Assembly (NCBI GenBank): GCA_023145375.1
Contig: JAGLDY010000015.1
Span: 10,007-74,006 of the forward strand
DNA from: Candidatus Sabulitectum sp.
GTDB taxonomy: Bacteria > Fermentibacterota > Fermentibacteria > Fermentibacterales > JCC-6
Direction: 5' to 3'
Length of the DNA: 64,000 nucleotides
The notes under the pieces are model-generated. The model was not told the origin of the DNA, made no database searches, and saw nothing but the letters and a program-made list of their open reading frames with translations. Below, piece after piece: positions 10,235 through 20,063 of the stretch (positions are counted from its first letter, which is position 1; every line of letters starts with the position of its first letter). Position numbers and translations under genes: made by a program.

Positions 10235-11659
10235 ATGAAGAAGACCAAGATAGTTGCAAGCATTTCAGATCTGAACTGCTCGGAAGAGTTCATTCGCTCG
10301 CTTTATGAGAATGGTATGAATGTGGTTCGAATCAATTCTGCTCACCAGTCTCTTGCAGGTGCCCTTAAGATAGTCAATGCAGTCCGGGCTGTTTCCTCTC
10401 GTATTGCTCTGATGATGGATACCAAAGGGCCTGAGATCAGAACAGGATCATTTTCTTCACCCTTCATTGTTGATGATGGTGAGATTGTTGGTCTGGGGGA
10501 GAGATGTGATTCTTTTTCCGGGGTCTGCATTCCTGTGACTCATTCGGAGTTTGCCGGTGATGTGCCTGTTGGAAGCAGCATACTCATCGATGACGGAGAA
10601 ATAGAACTGCTGGCCCTTGAGGTTAAGGGGAATTGCCTTCTTTGCAGGGTGATTCACGGCGGTGAGATAAAGAGAAAGAAAAGTGTGAATGTCCCCAATG
10701 TGTACATAGGGCTGCCCTCGCTCAGTGAAAGAGATCTCAAGTACATTGATTTTTCCATCGATAACAGACTGGACTTTATCGCTCATTCTTTTGTTCGCTC
10801 CGGTGCTGATGTGGAAGCTGTTCAGGAAATTCTTCTTCAACGGGGAAGCAGTATCAAGGTGATCGCCAAGATAGAGAACCACAACGGTGTTGAGAACATT
10901 GATGAGATACTTGATGTTGCTTACGGCGTAATGGTCGCAAGGGGAGACCTTGCCATTGAGATACCCTTCGAGAGGGTACCTGGAATTCAGAAAATGCTCA
11001 TCAACAAGTGTATTGAGCGAAGAAAACCGGTGATCATTGCAACTCAGATGCTTCACAGCATGATCGAGAACCCCAGGCCTACCCGTGCAGAGGTCAATGA
11101 TGTTGCAAGTGCCATATACGATCAGGCTGATGCAATCATGCTAAGTGGGGAGACAGCAATTGGTGCTTACCCCCTGGAAGCTGTACAGACCATGACTGCC
11201 ATAGCAGGGGAAGTGGAGACAGACAAAGAGGATATCAACGACATTCCAATTGTTGTGATCAATAATGAAATATCAGCATTCCTTATTAAATCTGCTGTGG
11301 AAGGTGCGGTGGAGCTTAATGCTCACGCTGTTATTGCCGACACCACATCAGGGAGAACTGTGAGAAGCCTTTCCGCCTACAGAGGAAAATGCCCCATTCT
11401 GGCCCAGTGCTACAACAGTGAAACCGTGAGACACCTTGCTCTTTCATACGGAGTGTCAGCCAGGTTCATGGAACCGGAGCAGATAACCCATGAGTTTGTA
11501 GGCAAGGCTTTAAGCTTACTCCTGTCCGAGAATGCTTTAGACATTGAGGATCAGGTAGTTGTTGTAGGGGGTAACTTTGGAAGAAGCAAAGGTGTTTCCT
11601 TTGTTGAAATAGGTTCCGTGGAGAACCTTCTTACAGCTGAAGACATCTTATCAGTCTAA
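10235..11659 (+). CDS. pyk: Pyruvate kinase
   Basis: The N-terminus is MKKTKIVASI...VRINSAHQ, followed by MMDTKGPEIRTG and the MVARGDLAIEIP motif characteristic of pyruvate kinase. It is 474 aa. Confidence 0.9.
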   Translation: MKKTKIVASISDLNCSEEFIRSLYENGMNVVRINSAHQSLAGALKIVNAVRAVSSRIALMMDTKGPEIRTGSFSSPFIVDDGEIVGLGERCDSFSGVCIPVTHSEFAGDVPVGSSILIDDGEIELLALEVKGNCLLCRVIHGGEIKRKKSVNVPNVYIGLPSLSERDLKYIDFSIDNRLDFIAHSFVRSGADVEAVQEILLQRGSSIKVIAKIENHNGVENIDEILDVAYGVMVARGDLAIEIPFERVPGIQKMLINKCIERRKPVIIATQMLHSMIENPRPTRAEVNDVASAIYDQADAIMLSGETAIGAYPLEAVQTMTAIAGEVETDKEDINDIPIVVINNEISAFLIKSAVEGAVELNAHAVIADTTSGRTVRSLSAYRGKCPILAQCYNSETVRHLALSYGVSARFMEPEQITHEFVGKALSLLLSENALDIEDQVVVVGGNFGRSKGVSFVEIGSVENLLTAEDILSV

Positions 11660-11721
11660 AAGACACGGAGCTGGTTTTTCAATTTCAGGGTAGACGGTTC
11701 AGCTCAGTTCTGTTTTTGGAA

Positions 11722-12543
11722 CTACTCCGAAGCAGTACCTTTCCAGGGGTTGCCTGGTAATCTTGTCAGCAGCTTATCTTGAATGATGTTTGCAGCAATT
11801 GCAGTGTTGTATTCGATATCTGCTGGAATAAGCAACCGAATATCGTCCAGAAATGCTTTGCTCAGCAGTTTGGATGCCAGATTTGCTTCGAACTGTGCTC
11901 GAGAAACTCTGAGGCCATCTCTGGATATGTAGCTTTGAAAGCACTCGATAATCCTGTCAGGTCTTGCCTCCTCCACGCTTAGCGCCTGCCAGAGATCATA
12001 AAGATCACGGCCTTTTCTGCGTTGATACAAAGCGCGTAACTTGGTGCCCAGAAGCTCTTCAAGAGAGTAGATAGAGATATTGGAAGTGCCTGTAAACCAC
12101 GGATTTACAACAGCATAGGGATGCATTTCAATGCCCAGTACTGTAAAATGCTCTCTGGTATTGATCTCTATCTTTACTCGCCTGGTGGATACGGGGGCAA
12201 AAGAGGTTTCAAAAGCGTAGTAAAGAGTGAACCGCCCTTTTCCCTGTTTCCATGCCGGGTCACCAAGCCATGAATCGAGAGTACTTCGGATTGCAGTTAT
12301 CAGTTTTCCTATTGGGCCTGAATTTCTCTGGACGAGGTCAATATCCTCCGAGTAGCGACCAGGCCGGGTGAAAAGCATCTTGTGAAGTGCTGTACCTCCA
12401 CGAAAAACGGCTTCATCAGCAACAACTCGACTGGAGAACAGAGAAACCAGTACCCGGGATAACACAAGATCCTGTTCTACCTGGTCGTTGGAAGGCCAGG
12501 GTGCACTTGATCGCCATGCGGTTATGTTTGCACGGGGAATCAC
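11722..12543 (-). CDS. abiEii: AbiEii/DUF1814-family nucleotidyltransferase (type IV toxin-antitoxin / abortive-infection toxin component)
   Basis: The motif FRGGTALHKMLFTRPGRYSEDIDLV is the AbiEii nucleotidyltransferase signature. The gene overlaps its upstream partner by 4 nt. Confidence 0.75.
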   Translation of the reverse strand: MIPRANITAWRSSAPWPSNDQVEQDLVLSRVLVSLFSSRVVADEAVFRGGTALHKMLFTRPGRYSEDIDLVQRNSGPIGKLITAIRSTLDSWLGDPAWKQGKGRFTLYYAFETSFAPVSTRRVKIEINTREHFTVLGIEMHPYAVVNPWFTGTSNISIYSLEELLGTKLRALYQRRKGRDLYDLWQALSVEEARPDRIIECFQSYISRDGLRVSRAQFEANLASKLLSKAFLDDIRLLIPADIEYNTAIAANIIQDKLLTRLPGNPWKGTASE

Positions 12544-13328
12544 GAGTCTGGCTCAAGTTTTACATTGGGTACAACACGCCACCTTGAATCGGGAAGAGCA
12601 TTTGTTGCCTTGCCCGGAAGTAATGGAACAGGTCTTAGCTTTTTTGGAAGACACAGGAGAAGTGATGAAGCTGTTTCAGCATGTCCCGTAACCTCCAGCA
12701 GGTAGCCAAGACGCTGAACATCAGGAATTCGAACAAGTGGAGCGATTTCAGCCAGAGCATTCTTATTTATTAGCTCTGCCAATTCGTTAAGTACAGTTAC
12801 AACATTACTGAGATGGCCAGCTTCTGATGGATTGCGAACCAGATCGAATGCTGTTGTTTCCGGAGTAGCTACACGCATAGTTCCTGTTTCCGTCTGCTTG
12901 AGTACAACCGGGAACTGTTTGACACGACTGTTCATTGAGAAGTGAATTGTGACTTTATCCAGGTGCATCTCCCTTGTTGGTTTGTTGGTAACCACCTGGA
13001 AAACCATGGGTTGCTGGTGAGCAGCGCCGTGAATAGAAGCGGCACTCAGAAAGCTCACATAGTAAGGTTGTTCCAGAAAAAGCATCAAATCGTGGATAAA
13101 CCAGCTTGCTGGAGGCGATCCTACAGTTCTGTATTCCGGCGGAACAAGAACAAAGAACCCTCTCCTCGGGGAGACTATTCGTTTCTGCTTCTTAAGTCTC
13201 CTCAGTGCGGCTTGCACTGCAATCGGGGAACGGCCTGTAGCACTTTCGGTCTGGGTGACGGTAAATGTGTACCGCCCCTTGGTCTGAAGCTGATCCAGCC
13301 ACTGTGACATTACAGGAATCTGTTTCAT
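12540..13328 (-). CDS. abiEi: AbiEi-family antitoxin / transcriptional regulator (COG5340-like)
   Basis: It has an N-terminal wHTH-like region and an AbiEi-like C-terminal domain. It is translationally coupled to the AbiEii gene in the canonical order, with the antitoxin upstream. Confidence 0.65.
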   Translation of the reverse strand: MKQIPVMSQWLDQLQTKGRYTFTVTQTESATGRSPIAVQAALRRLKKQKRIVSPRRGFFVLVPPEYRTVGSPPASWFIHDLMLFLEQPYYVSFLSAASIHGAAHQQPMVFQVVTNKPTREMHLDKVTIHFSMNSRVKQFPVVLKQTETGTMRVATPETTAFDLVRNPSEAGHLSNVVTVLNELAELINKNALAEIAPLVRIPDVQRLGYLLEVTGHAETASSLLLCLPKKLRPVPLLPGKATNALPDSRWRVVPNVKLEPDS

Positions 13329-13463
13329 ATGCTTCTATCCTTTAAATGGAAGACAACCAGCTTACATAAACTATCAGATTATGTTAGTTATTGCAAGTGT
13401 ACTGAGCGTGTTGCTATGGCGATGTCATGCATAGCATTTGTTTTGTCAACTGCTTCTTGGAGA

Positions 13464-13673
13464 CTATTCTTCTTTTTCCTCTTTGTTTTTCCAGGATAGA
13501 CCTTTAATGGTGCCCCAGATAAGAACCAGGTGAATAGCCGCCCCGCCGATAAGAATAGGGCTTATTGCGCTGTAGTACTGCGTGCCCTTAAGCTTGAAGG
13601 CACATCCAACGATTACCGCTCCCCATGTAAGAGCACTGGCAATGATGAAGCTGTACGGTTGACTCTTCTTCAC
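13464..13673 (-). CDS. Small membrane protein with two predicted TM helices
   Basis: The hydrophobic segments are IIASALTWGAVIVGCAF and ILIGGAAIHLVLIWG. It is 69 aa. Confidence 0.4.
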   Translation of the reverse strand: MKKSQPYSFIIASALTWGAVIVGCAFKLKGTQYYSAISPILIGGAAIHLVLIWGTIKGLSWKNKEEKEE

Positions 13674-13691
13674 GGTTGCTTCTCCTTCCGT

Positions 13692-14390
13692 CTATAGATC
13701 AAATCTAAGTTGAAGTCTAAGTGCTGTGTCGGTATTCTCATTTCCCTCTACAGGGGGAATGCTGTAATAGGTGACATCGTATCCCATCACAAATGACAGA
13801 CTTCCAGTGATTGCCGATCTTGCTTCAAGAACGCTTCCTATGTAGTAGTTCTCTGAATCCTGCAGATCACCTGTGAAGATGGCTGATTCCACCGCAGTCC
13901 AGGAGTCACTGATCTGCCATTCAAGGTCTGTTCCAGTGTACCAGGTGGAGGTTTCCAGAATGACATCTTCAGTATTTTCTCTTGAAAGGTATCCTGCACC
14001 AGCCTCAAGTGTGGCTGTAAAACTGCCACCTGAGATAAGCTCACGCCCAAGCCCTGCGCTTGCTCCATATTCGTGGTTGATCCCGGAGATCTTATCCATT
14101 GTCCAGTAAGCTCTTGCCGCTGTGTAGTTGTGCTCTGTAATACTGTATTTAAGAGAGCCTTCAGAGAAGTAGCTTTCTCTGTAGGTGGTTTCTTCCTGCT
14201 TACCGTATGATGCAATTAGAACAAGGCCGGTTTCAAAAGCAGTTGCAGGTGTACCTGAGATCTCGAACCCTGCGTCCGTCTGGCTGATCCTGCTGTTCCC
14301 GGATGTTAACAGTCCTCCCAGAGTTACGCTGGTTTCCATTGAGAAAGCTGATACAACTGCAATACTGCACAGAATGATAACAAGTTTCAT
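13692..14390 (-). CDS. Secreted protein, putatively an outer-membrane beta-barrel. The start is taken at the internal Met of the signal peptide.
   Basis: MKLVIILCSIAVVSAFS is a signal peptide. The alternating polar/aromatic pattern and G/S/T/Y-rich composition are typical of beta-barrel OMPs. The ORF track extends the N-terminus to 14477. Confidence 0.45.
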   Translation of the reverse strand: MKLVIILCSIAVVSAFSMETSVTLGGLLTSGNSRISQTDAGFEISGTPATAFETGLVLIASYGKQEETTYRESYFSEGSLKYSITEHNYTAARAYWTMDKISGINHEYGASAGLGRELISGGSFTATLEAGAGYLSRENTEDVILETSTWYTGTDLEWQISDSWTAVESAIFTGDLQDSENYYIGSVLEARSAITGSLSFVMGYDVTYYSIPPVEGNENTDTALRLQLRFDL

Positions 14391-14508
14391 ATTTTTCCCT
14401 TTCTTGTTTTGTATAGCTGAGCTTTCTGCCTGGCTGACCTTGAACCACTGGAAAACCGTATCATTGTCTAAATCCATTCCAAAGGTGTCAGGCAGGTACC
14501 TTTTAAGG

Positions 14509-17500
14509 TCATTCTCTCTCCAGCTGCTTTTTCAGCTTTGCCAGCTTTTTAGCTGTTGTTGATTCCAGTATCTTCTGCCTGTAGTGATCGCTTCCTATGG
14601 CTGAAACAAAAACACTGAACATGTTCTGTGCTCTTGTGAGGGCTTCGCCGGCTTCAGTCATCTTGTTCTGTTCCTGGAGACATTCAACCAGTGTACCCAG
14701 CAGGTCTATCTCTCGGATAGAGGGCTCCTCCTCTGTATCTGATGTGGCGTTACGAAGATTTTGTTCCGCCTCTTTCAGGGCACTGGTTCTTTCCAGTGAG
14801 GGGTTGTTCAGCCGTTCGGTGCCTCTGTACCCCAGAAGAACTTTTCTAGTTGCACCGTCCATTGTTTTCATTGTCTCTTCGGTTTCCAGTTGCGTAAGAT
14901 GAATGTCTGCTTCTTTGAAGTCCTTTTTGTTTATCAGCATTGTCACCAGGTTCATCCTTGCGTTCAAGGCCATGGGGGCAAGACCCAGTTCATCTGCAGA
15001 TTCAATGGCTTTTTTGTATCCCATTTCCGCACTGGAATAGTTCTCATCTCTTGTATCAAGGTTCGCCAGGTAGCTGTTTGCCCAGATACCAAATCTTTTC
15101 GTGCCTGTTGCCTCCACCAGGTCAAGACAGCGCTGGAAGTAGTCTCTGGCCAGATCAAAATCCATTGCACTGTAGTGAGCTTGTCCAAGGTTAATGTAGG
15201 CACCCATGATGGCATGGGTATCACCTGTCTCTGTGAGTACTTTCAGTGCATCATTTAGGATGTTGATCCTGACCTCGTACTTGCTGGTGGCGAAGAGAGA
15301 TGCTGCAGTGTTCAGCAGAGCTCTTGCCTCGCCTGTCTTGTCCCCCAGCTGGCGGTAGATAGTGACTGCCTTCAAACACTCCTCGGTACTGTCAACCCGG
15401 GAAAAGATATTCAGAGCAATTGTACCGTGCCTCATGTAGTAAGTAGCCAGCAGATGCTTTCTCTCCCGGACATTTTTGATAGATTGTATTTCTTCCTTAA
15501 TTCCGTTCAGTCCCTGAAAGCCTTTTTCTTCTGATACGGTAAGGTACTGTATGAAAGCTATCTGCAATTTCGCTAGAATTCTTTCCTTTCCAGGAGGGAG
15601 CAGGGCTATCGTTGTTTTGTAAAGGCTGTCTGCAGTACCGTAGTCACCCATGTTGAAATGCAGATGTGCTTCCTGAAATCGAAGCAGAGCCGTCTGATCG
15701 ACGGTGGTTGCAAAAGCTACTGCATCCTTCAGTATCCCAGTTGCCTTGCTGTGTTCGGCAAAGAGGGTGTGAAGTTTTCCCAGCTCCAGCCTGGCATAGA
15801 AAGCTTCCTGCCTGTTTTCTTCCACACCTACTGAAAAGGCCATATACTGTTCCAGCCAGCGAAGCGCATCACGCTTGGCATCCCTGTTGTCTGCCTGTTT
15901 TTCGGCCAGAAGAGCGAAGCGCATTGCTTTTACAGGATCCAGACTGTCGCAGTAGTGGTGGGCTGCCAGTGGAACAATGGCAGTGTTGCCATGGTTGTAT
16001 ATCTCTTCATAGTAGAGCCCAAACCTGGATTGAAGTGCCTTCCGGGTACCCTGAGAGAGGTCATGGAGGAGAAAAGTGCGCATGGCATCATGGATGAAAT
16101 GGTACTCGAGTATTTTGAACTGGGAGAGATGCTCAAAGATTAGTTTCAGTTTGAGGGGGCCTTCAAGAGCTTTTGCAATTTCCAGTTCATCCCGGTGAAG
16201 GATTGCAGAAAGAGGAGCAAGTGAGAACGAGCCACCGGGCATAAGTGATCCGGCGGAGAGAACATCTCTTGTGAAAGGGTCAAGTCTATCAAGCCGTCCG
16301 GACATCAGCTGAGAGATCGTTGCCGGAAGTGGAAGATCGCTGGTTATCTTGTAGATCCAACCCCCCTCTGCAGCAGGTTCAATGGCACCGCTGTTTAGTA
16401 AAGACAGAAGTAGTTCTTTAAGGTAAAGAGGGTTGCCGCCACTCTGTTTCACAAGCATCTGAAGGACATCCCCGGGGATCTTCGGGTCACGAAGTGCAAA
16501 CATTACCATGTGTTTTGTGTACTCTTCATCCAGTCTTCCAAGGTTGATAGAGGTGAACCGAACAAGACTTGAAAGAATCCGTATCTTCTTCCTGATCCCA
16601 GAAGGGTCCTCCTGGGATTCATTTATGGTTGCAATGAATATTATGGGAACATTCTCTGTTGCTCTTATCAGGTAAGAAAGAAGATCAAAGTTATTGTCGG
16701 ATATCCAGTGAATACTATCCACAACGAATAGAATCGGCTGTCTGGATGCGATCCATCGCAGAATGGAAGATATCTCCAGGTAGATCCTGAGTCTTACCAC
16801 ACCTTCTTCGTCGGTTGATGGCGCTTTGGCCAGCTTCAGCTTAAGGTCGGGAAACAACTCAGCAGTCTGAGGCAGGATTTTCGGGAGGACTTTAGCCAGG
16901 CTCTCCAGATCATCTTTCGAGAAGGTCAGAAGCTTTTCTGCAATGGGGCTGGTTATCTGCTGATAGGGCTTGTCTGCGCCCAGTTCATCACAACTGCTCT
17001 GAAGGAAAAGACAATCCTTGAATCTGGAATAGTGTTTCAGCTCACTGATCAGTCGTCTTTTGCCTATCCCCGGTTCACCTGAGATGAGGGCGAAGCGTCC
17101 CTTCCCGGTTATTGTTTCATTCAAAGCATTTCGGAGGGTAGAAAGATCTGCCTGCCTGCCCACAAAATGCTCAAAGGATATCTCAGCACTTTCTTTTTTT
17201 GTATTCTTGTCTTTGTGGAAGGAAACTTTACCCCTGCCTCCGCTTTTTGCTTCGTAGAGAGCTCCGTCTGCCCTTTTTAGTATGTCTGCAAGATAAAGAT
17301 CCTCAGGCTTGCTCTCTGCAACACCAATTGAAAGACCCACATCCATTCCCTGGGAAAAAACTTCCCTTGCCAGCCCCTGAAGAATTCTCTCCGCCTGGTT
17401 TACAGCCTTCAACTGCTCCGTATGAGGCATAACTATGACAAACTCATCTCCTCCGTACCGAAGAAGAGTATCTGCTCCCCGACAGTTTCGGGAAAGGATA

Positions 17501-17697
17501 TTGGCTATGCGCCGGATCACCATATCTCCTTGAAGATGACCGTAAACATCGTTCACAAGTTTGAAGTGGTCGATGTCGATTATCATCATAGACCATATAT
17601 CCCTGCCCTCTTCCGCTGAGAATTCACGGTCAAGGTCATCCAGGATCCCGCGGGTGTGCAGGCCGGTAAGATCATCCAGTTTGTTCATTGAAGTCAT
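14509..17697 (-). CDS. GGDEF, STAND/AAA_16 NTPase and TPR, paralog 3 (about 1062 aa). The start is taken at MTSMNKLDDLTG.
   Basis: The motifs are RGADTLLRYGGDEF, ADGALYEAK, FEHFVGR, ISGEPGIGKRRL, FVVDSIHWISDNN and GNPLYLKELL. An RBS (GGAG) precedes the ATG at 17697. The ORF track start at 17919 adds a non-homologous extension. Confidence 0.8.
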   Translation of the reverse strand: MTSMNKLDDLTGLHTRGILDDLDREFSAEEGRDIWSMMIIDIDHFKLVNDVYGHLQGDMVIRRIANILSRNCRGADTLLRYGGDEFVIVMPHTEQLKAVNQAERILQGLAREVFSQGMDVGLSIGVAESKPEDLYLADILKRADGALYEAKSGGRGKVSFHKDKNTKKESAEISFEHFVGRQADLSTLRNALNETITGKGRFALISGEPGIGKRRLISELKHYSRFKDCLFLQSSCDELGADKPYQQITSPIAEKLLTFSKDDLESLAKVLPKILPQTAELFPDLKLKLAKAPSTDEEGVVRLRIYLEISSILRWIASRQPILFVVDSIHWISDNNFDLLSYLIRATENVPIIFIATINESQEDPSGIRKKIRILSSLVRFTSINLGRLDEEYTKHMVMFALRDPKIPGDVLQMLVKQSGGNPLYLKELLLSLLNSGAIEPAAEGGWIYKITSDLPLPATISQLMSGRLDRLDPFTRDVLSAGSLMPGGSFSLAPLSAILHRDELEIAKALEGPLKLKLIFEHLSQFKILEYHFIHDAMRTFLLHDLSQGTRKALQSRFGLYYEEIYNHGNTAIVPLAAHHYCDSLDPVKAMRFALLAEKQADNRDAKRDALRWLEQYMAFSVGVEENRQEAFYARLELGKLHTLFAEHSKATGILKDAVAFATTVDQTALLRFQEAHLHFNMGDYGTADSLYKTTIALLPPGKERILAKLQIAFIQYLTVSEEKGFQGLNGIKEEIQSIKNVRERKHLLATYYMRHGTIALNIFSRVDSTEECLKAVTIYRQLGDKTGEARALLNTAASLFATSKYEVRINILNDALKVLTETGDTHAIMGAYINLGQAHYSAMDFDLARDYFQRCLDLVEATGTKRFGIWANSYLANLDTRDENYSSAEMGYKKAIESADELGLAPMALNARMNLVTMLINKKDFKEADIHLTQLETEETMKTMDGATRKVLLGYRGTERLNNPSLERTSALKEAEQNLRNATSDTEEEPSIREIDLLGTLVECLQEQNKMTEAGEALTRAQNMFSVFVSAIGSDHYRQKILESTTAKKLAKLKKQLERE

Positions 17698-17772
17698 TCT
17701 CACTCCTACAGAATGGTGAGCAACTGTGAGCGCATGTGTTTCAAGACTATCTCCTCCTAAAAGATGTATCAG

Positions 17773-17801
17773 AAGATATGCCTGTTGGTTCGGATATGCA
17801 A
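17773..17801 (-). promoter_or_regulatory. Promoter-like TTGCAT-N17-TATCTT element upstream of paralog 3, with a 5' UTR of about 75 nt
   Basis: On the plus strand, aagata lies at 17773-17778 and atgcaa at 17796-17801. The spacing and hexamers match the sites upstream of paralogs 1 and 2. Confidence 0.4.
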
Positions 17802-18197
17802 TACATCGGTTGCCATATCCAGGAGTTGCAAAGGAACCTCCTTCGTGCTTAACATCTGTATATTTATGAACGGCATAAAGAAACACTTCAGGGCACGGCA
17901 AATTGATCATGATTTCCACAAGAAAGCCAACTGTCGCTGTTCCGGAAAGCCATACCGGAATCTGTTTGACATGGTTTCATATCTGCGTTCCTTCCCTTGC
18001 CTTGAGCGGTGCCGGGGACAATACTATTTCCAACGAAAAGGAATCAGGTTTTTTGCAGGAGGATAGAATGGGTTCATTTCCGACTGATATTGAGATATCA
18101 GCAGGTGTCATTATGAGAATGCCAGGGTTGCCGGTATCTCCCGCTGCGGGGAAGATGGATGTGGATGAACAGGGGAATGTGACGGGACTCTTCTAGG

Positions 18198-19028
18198 ATG
18201 AGACCATTCTCCTCGAGAAATCCATTCTTCTACAGGGTATCTGTTGGACTGCGTCGTTTCCTCAGACGGTGCAGCTGGCTCTTTGGCGGGGTCAAGTATT
18301 GTTCTTCCTGTCCATCCGGTGAACCATTCCCTTTTGTTGTTGTCTCCCACCGCTCTCTACTGCTTCGTAAACTTGAAGGTACTGATATTGCCCTGCAGAA
18401 GAACAAGGTGCAGAGCCTGCACATCGCAGCCTCTTTGATAGACGGTGTTGTTGTCGGTTCAGGAGAGGTCTTTTCTTTCTGGAAACTGGTGGGCAAGCCT
18501 TCGTCTTCCCGAGGTTTTCTTCCGGGGCTGCAGCTTTCATTCGGGAAACTGATCTCCATGACTGGGGGAGGGTTGTGTCAGCTTTCAAACCTGCTTCACT
18601 GGATGGTTCTTCAGACCCCTCTTTCTGTTACTGAACGACACAGACATTCCACTGATCCATTCCCTGACTACAAAAGACTTGTGCCGTTTGGAACAGGTGC
18701 AACAGTTTTCTACAACTACATCGACCTGGGATTCCGGAATGACAGCTCTGTGAGTTTTCAGCTGAAGGTATGGATGGAGGAAGAGTATCTGTGCGGTGAG
18801 ATAAGGTGTAGCAAAGCACTGCCCTTTTCATATTCAGTTGTGGAAAAGAAGCACCGTTTCGTCAGGGGGAATGATACTGTTTTCAGGGAAAACGAGTTGT
18901 GGCGGATTGAAACTGACAAAGTAACTTCAAGGGTAGCTTCCGAGAAGCTGCTTTTCAGAAACCGTGTTGAAGTGTTGTACGATGTCTCGGAGATCCCCGA
19001 GATAGAGGTTGAAGAAGCAGGGGAATGA
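18198..19028 (+). CDS. VanW-family protein
   Basis: The motifs PGEVFSFWKLVG and GGGLCQLSNLLH are the VanW signature. The N-terminus may lie upstream in another frame. Confidence 0.6.
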   Translation: MRPFSSRNPFFYRVSVGLRRFLRRCSWLFGGVKYCSSCPSGEPFPFVVVSHRSLLLRKLEGTDIALQKNKVQSLHIAASLIDGVVVGSGEVFSFWKLVGKPSSSRGFLPGLQLSFGKLISMTGGGLCQLSNLLHWMVLQTPLSVTERHRHSTDPFPDYKRLVPFGTGATVFYNYIDLGFRNDSSVSFQLKVWMEEEYLCGEIRCSKALPFSYSVVEKKHRFVRGNDTVFRENELWRIETDKVTSRVASEKLLFRNRVEVLYDVSEIPEIEVEEAGE

Positions 19029-20058
19029 ATTTCAGTTCTGTGCTTTTTTCCAGGTAAATCGTTCAGTGGAGGTTGCAGTGAAGAGTTCTATCGTATGTGT
19101 CATTCTGGTATCTCTGGTATTCGGCTTCGAATGGACGGTACTTGCTGAGCTGCCTGAGGGTTCCCGGGCCAGTGGACTTAGAGAATGCGGAGAAGGAATT
19201 TATGCTTTTGATCTCTTTCAAGAAACAGGCGACACTCTCTACCGAAGTGAGATCACTGTAGTCCTTAACGGTAGTCATATGGTCACAAACCGGGAGGTAT
19301 TTATTCTGGAAGATCACCCTGCCCGGGATTCTTATGTAACAGTTCCATTTCCTGATGGAATTGAGAGCCGGGAGACCTTTGCCGGGATATCCCGCATCAG
19401 TGCCTCCGGAGATACTTTGTGGACTGTGATGCTGGACAGCCTGGAAGATCGTGTAGAGACAGGTTTGCGGATTATTCCCTGCAGAAGCGGCGGTTGCTTT
19501 GCGGTTTTCAGCCCCACCCCTCAAGATTTCATCTGGATGGTGTATCGTCTCAGTGACTCCGGTGAGGTACTCATGAGCGGCGAGTTTCAGATGCAGGGCG
19601 GCCCGATACTGAGAATTGCAGAAGTGGTGGAGACGGAAGACTCAAGTTTTCTGATAACAGGAACTACTGATGATCTGGGGATGAATCTTTACATGTTTCT
19701 TGCTGGGATCGAAAGTGACGGGAATCAGTTCATTGATGTCAGGGAAGATTTCCGTTTTCACGGGGAGTTTGGGAACATGAAACTTGATGATTCAGGGAAC
19801 ATTTACATTGCCGGGTCTACCGGATACGAAAGAGATGACGGCTACTTCATGCCTCCTCAGGATACTGATGTGTTCCTTTTAAAACTGGACCCGCAGGGCA
19901 GAGAGATATGGCGGACGGTTTTTGAGTATCCTATGGAGAACAGCCCTTCAATTGTTGAGATTACAAGCAACGGAGAGGTAATTCTTGCTGTGCGATCCTT
20001 TTCTTACGATCCTCAAGACCTGTCCTCCAGTAACACTCTTCTGATCTACCGGGAGTAG
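19009..20058 (+). CDS. Hypothetical secreted protein with beta-rich repeats
   Basis: A hydrophobic N-terminal segment (SIVCVILVSLVFG) is present. The repeated DxSGNIYIAGST-like strands suggest a beta-propeller. An alternative GTG start lies near 19078. Confidence 0.45.
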   Translation: MKKQGNEFQFCAFFQVNRSVEVAVKSSIVCVILVSLVFGFEWTVLAELPEGSRASGLRECGEGIYAFDLFQETGDTLYRSEITVVLNGSHMVTNREVFILEDHPARDSYVTVPFPDGIESRETFAGISRISASGDTLWTVMLDSLEDRVETGLRIIPCRSGGCFAVFSPTPQDFIWMVYRLSDSGEVLMSGEFQMQGGPILRIAEVVETEDSSFLITGTTDDLGMNLYMFLAGIESDGNQFIDVREDFRFHGEFGNMKLDDSGNIYIAGSTGYERDDGYFMPPQDTDVFLLKLDPQGREIWRTVFEYPMENSPSIVEITSNGEVILAVRSFSYDPQDLSSSNTLLIYRE

Positions 20059-20063
20059 CTGGA

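Noticed and set aside
17698-17919. ORF-track N-terminal extension of paralog 3 (MEIMINLPCPEVF...)
   Set aside because: It is not homologous to the N-termini of paralogs 1 and 2. The conserved MTSxNKLDDLTG start with an RBS lies at 17697. The extension instead covers the conserved promoter-like leader.
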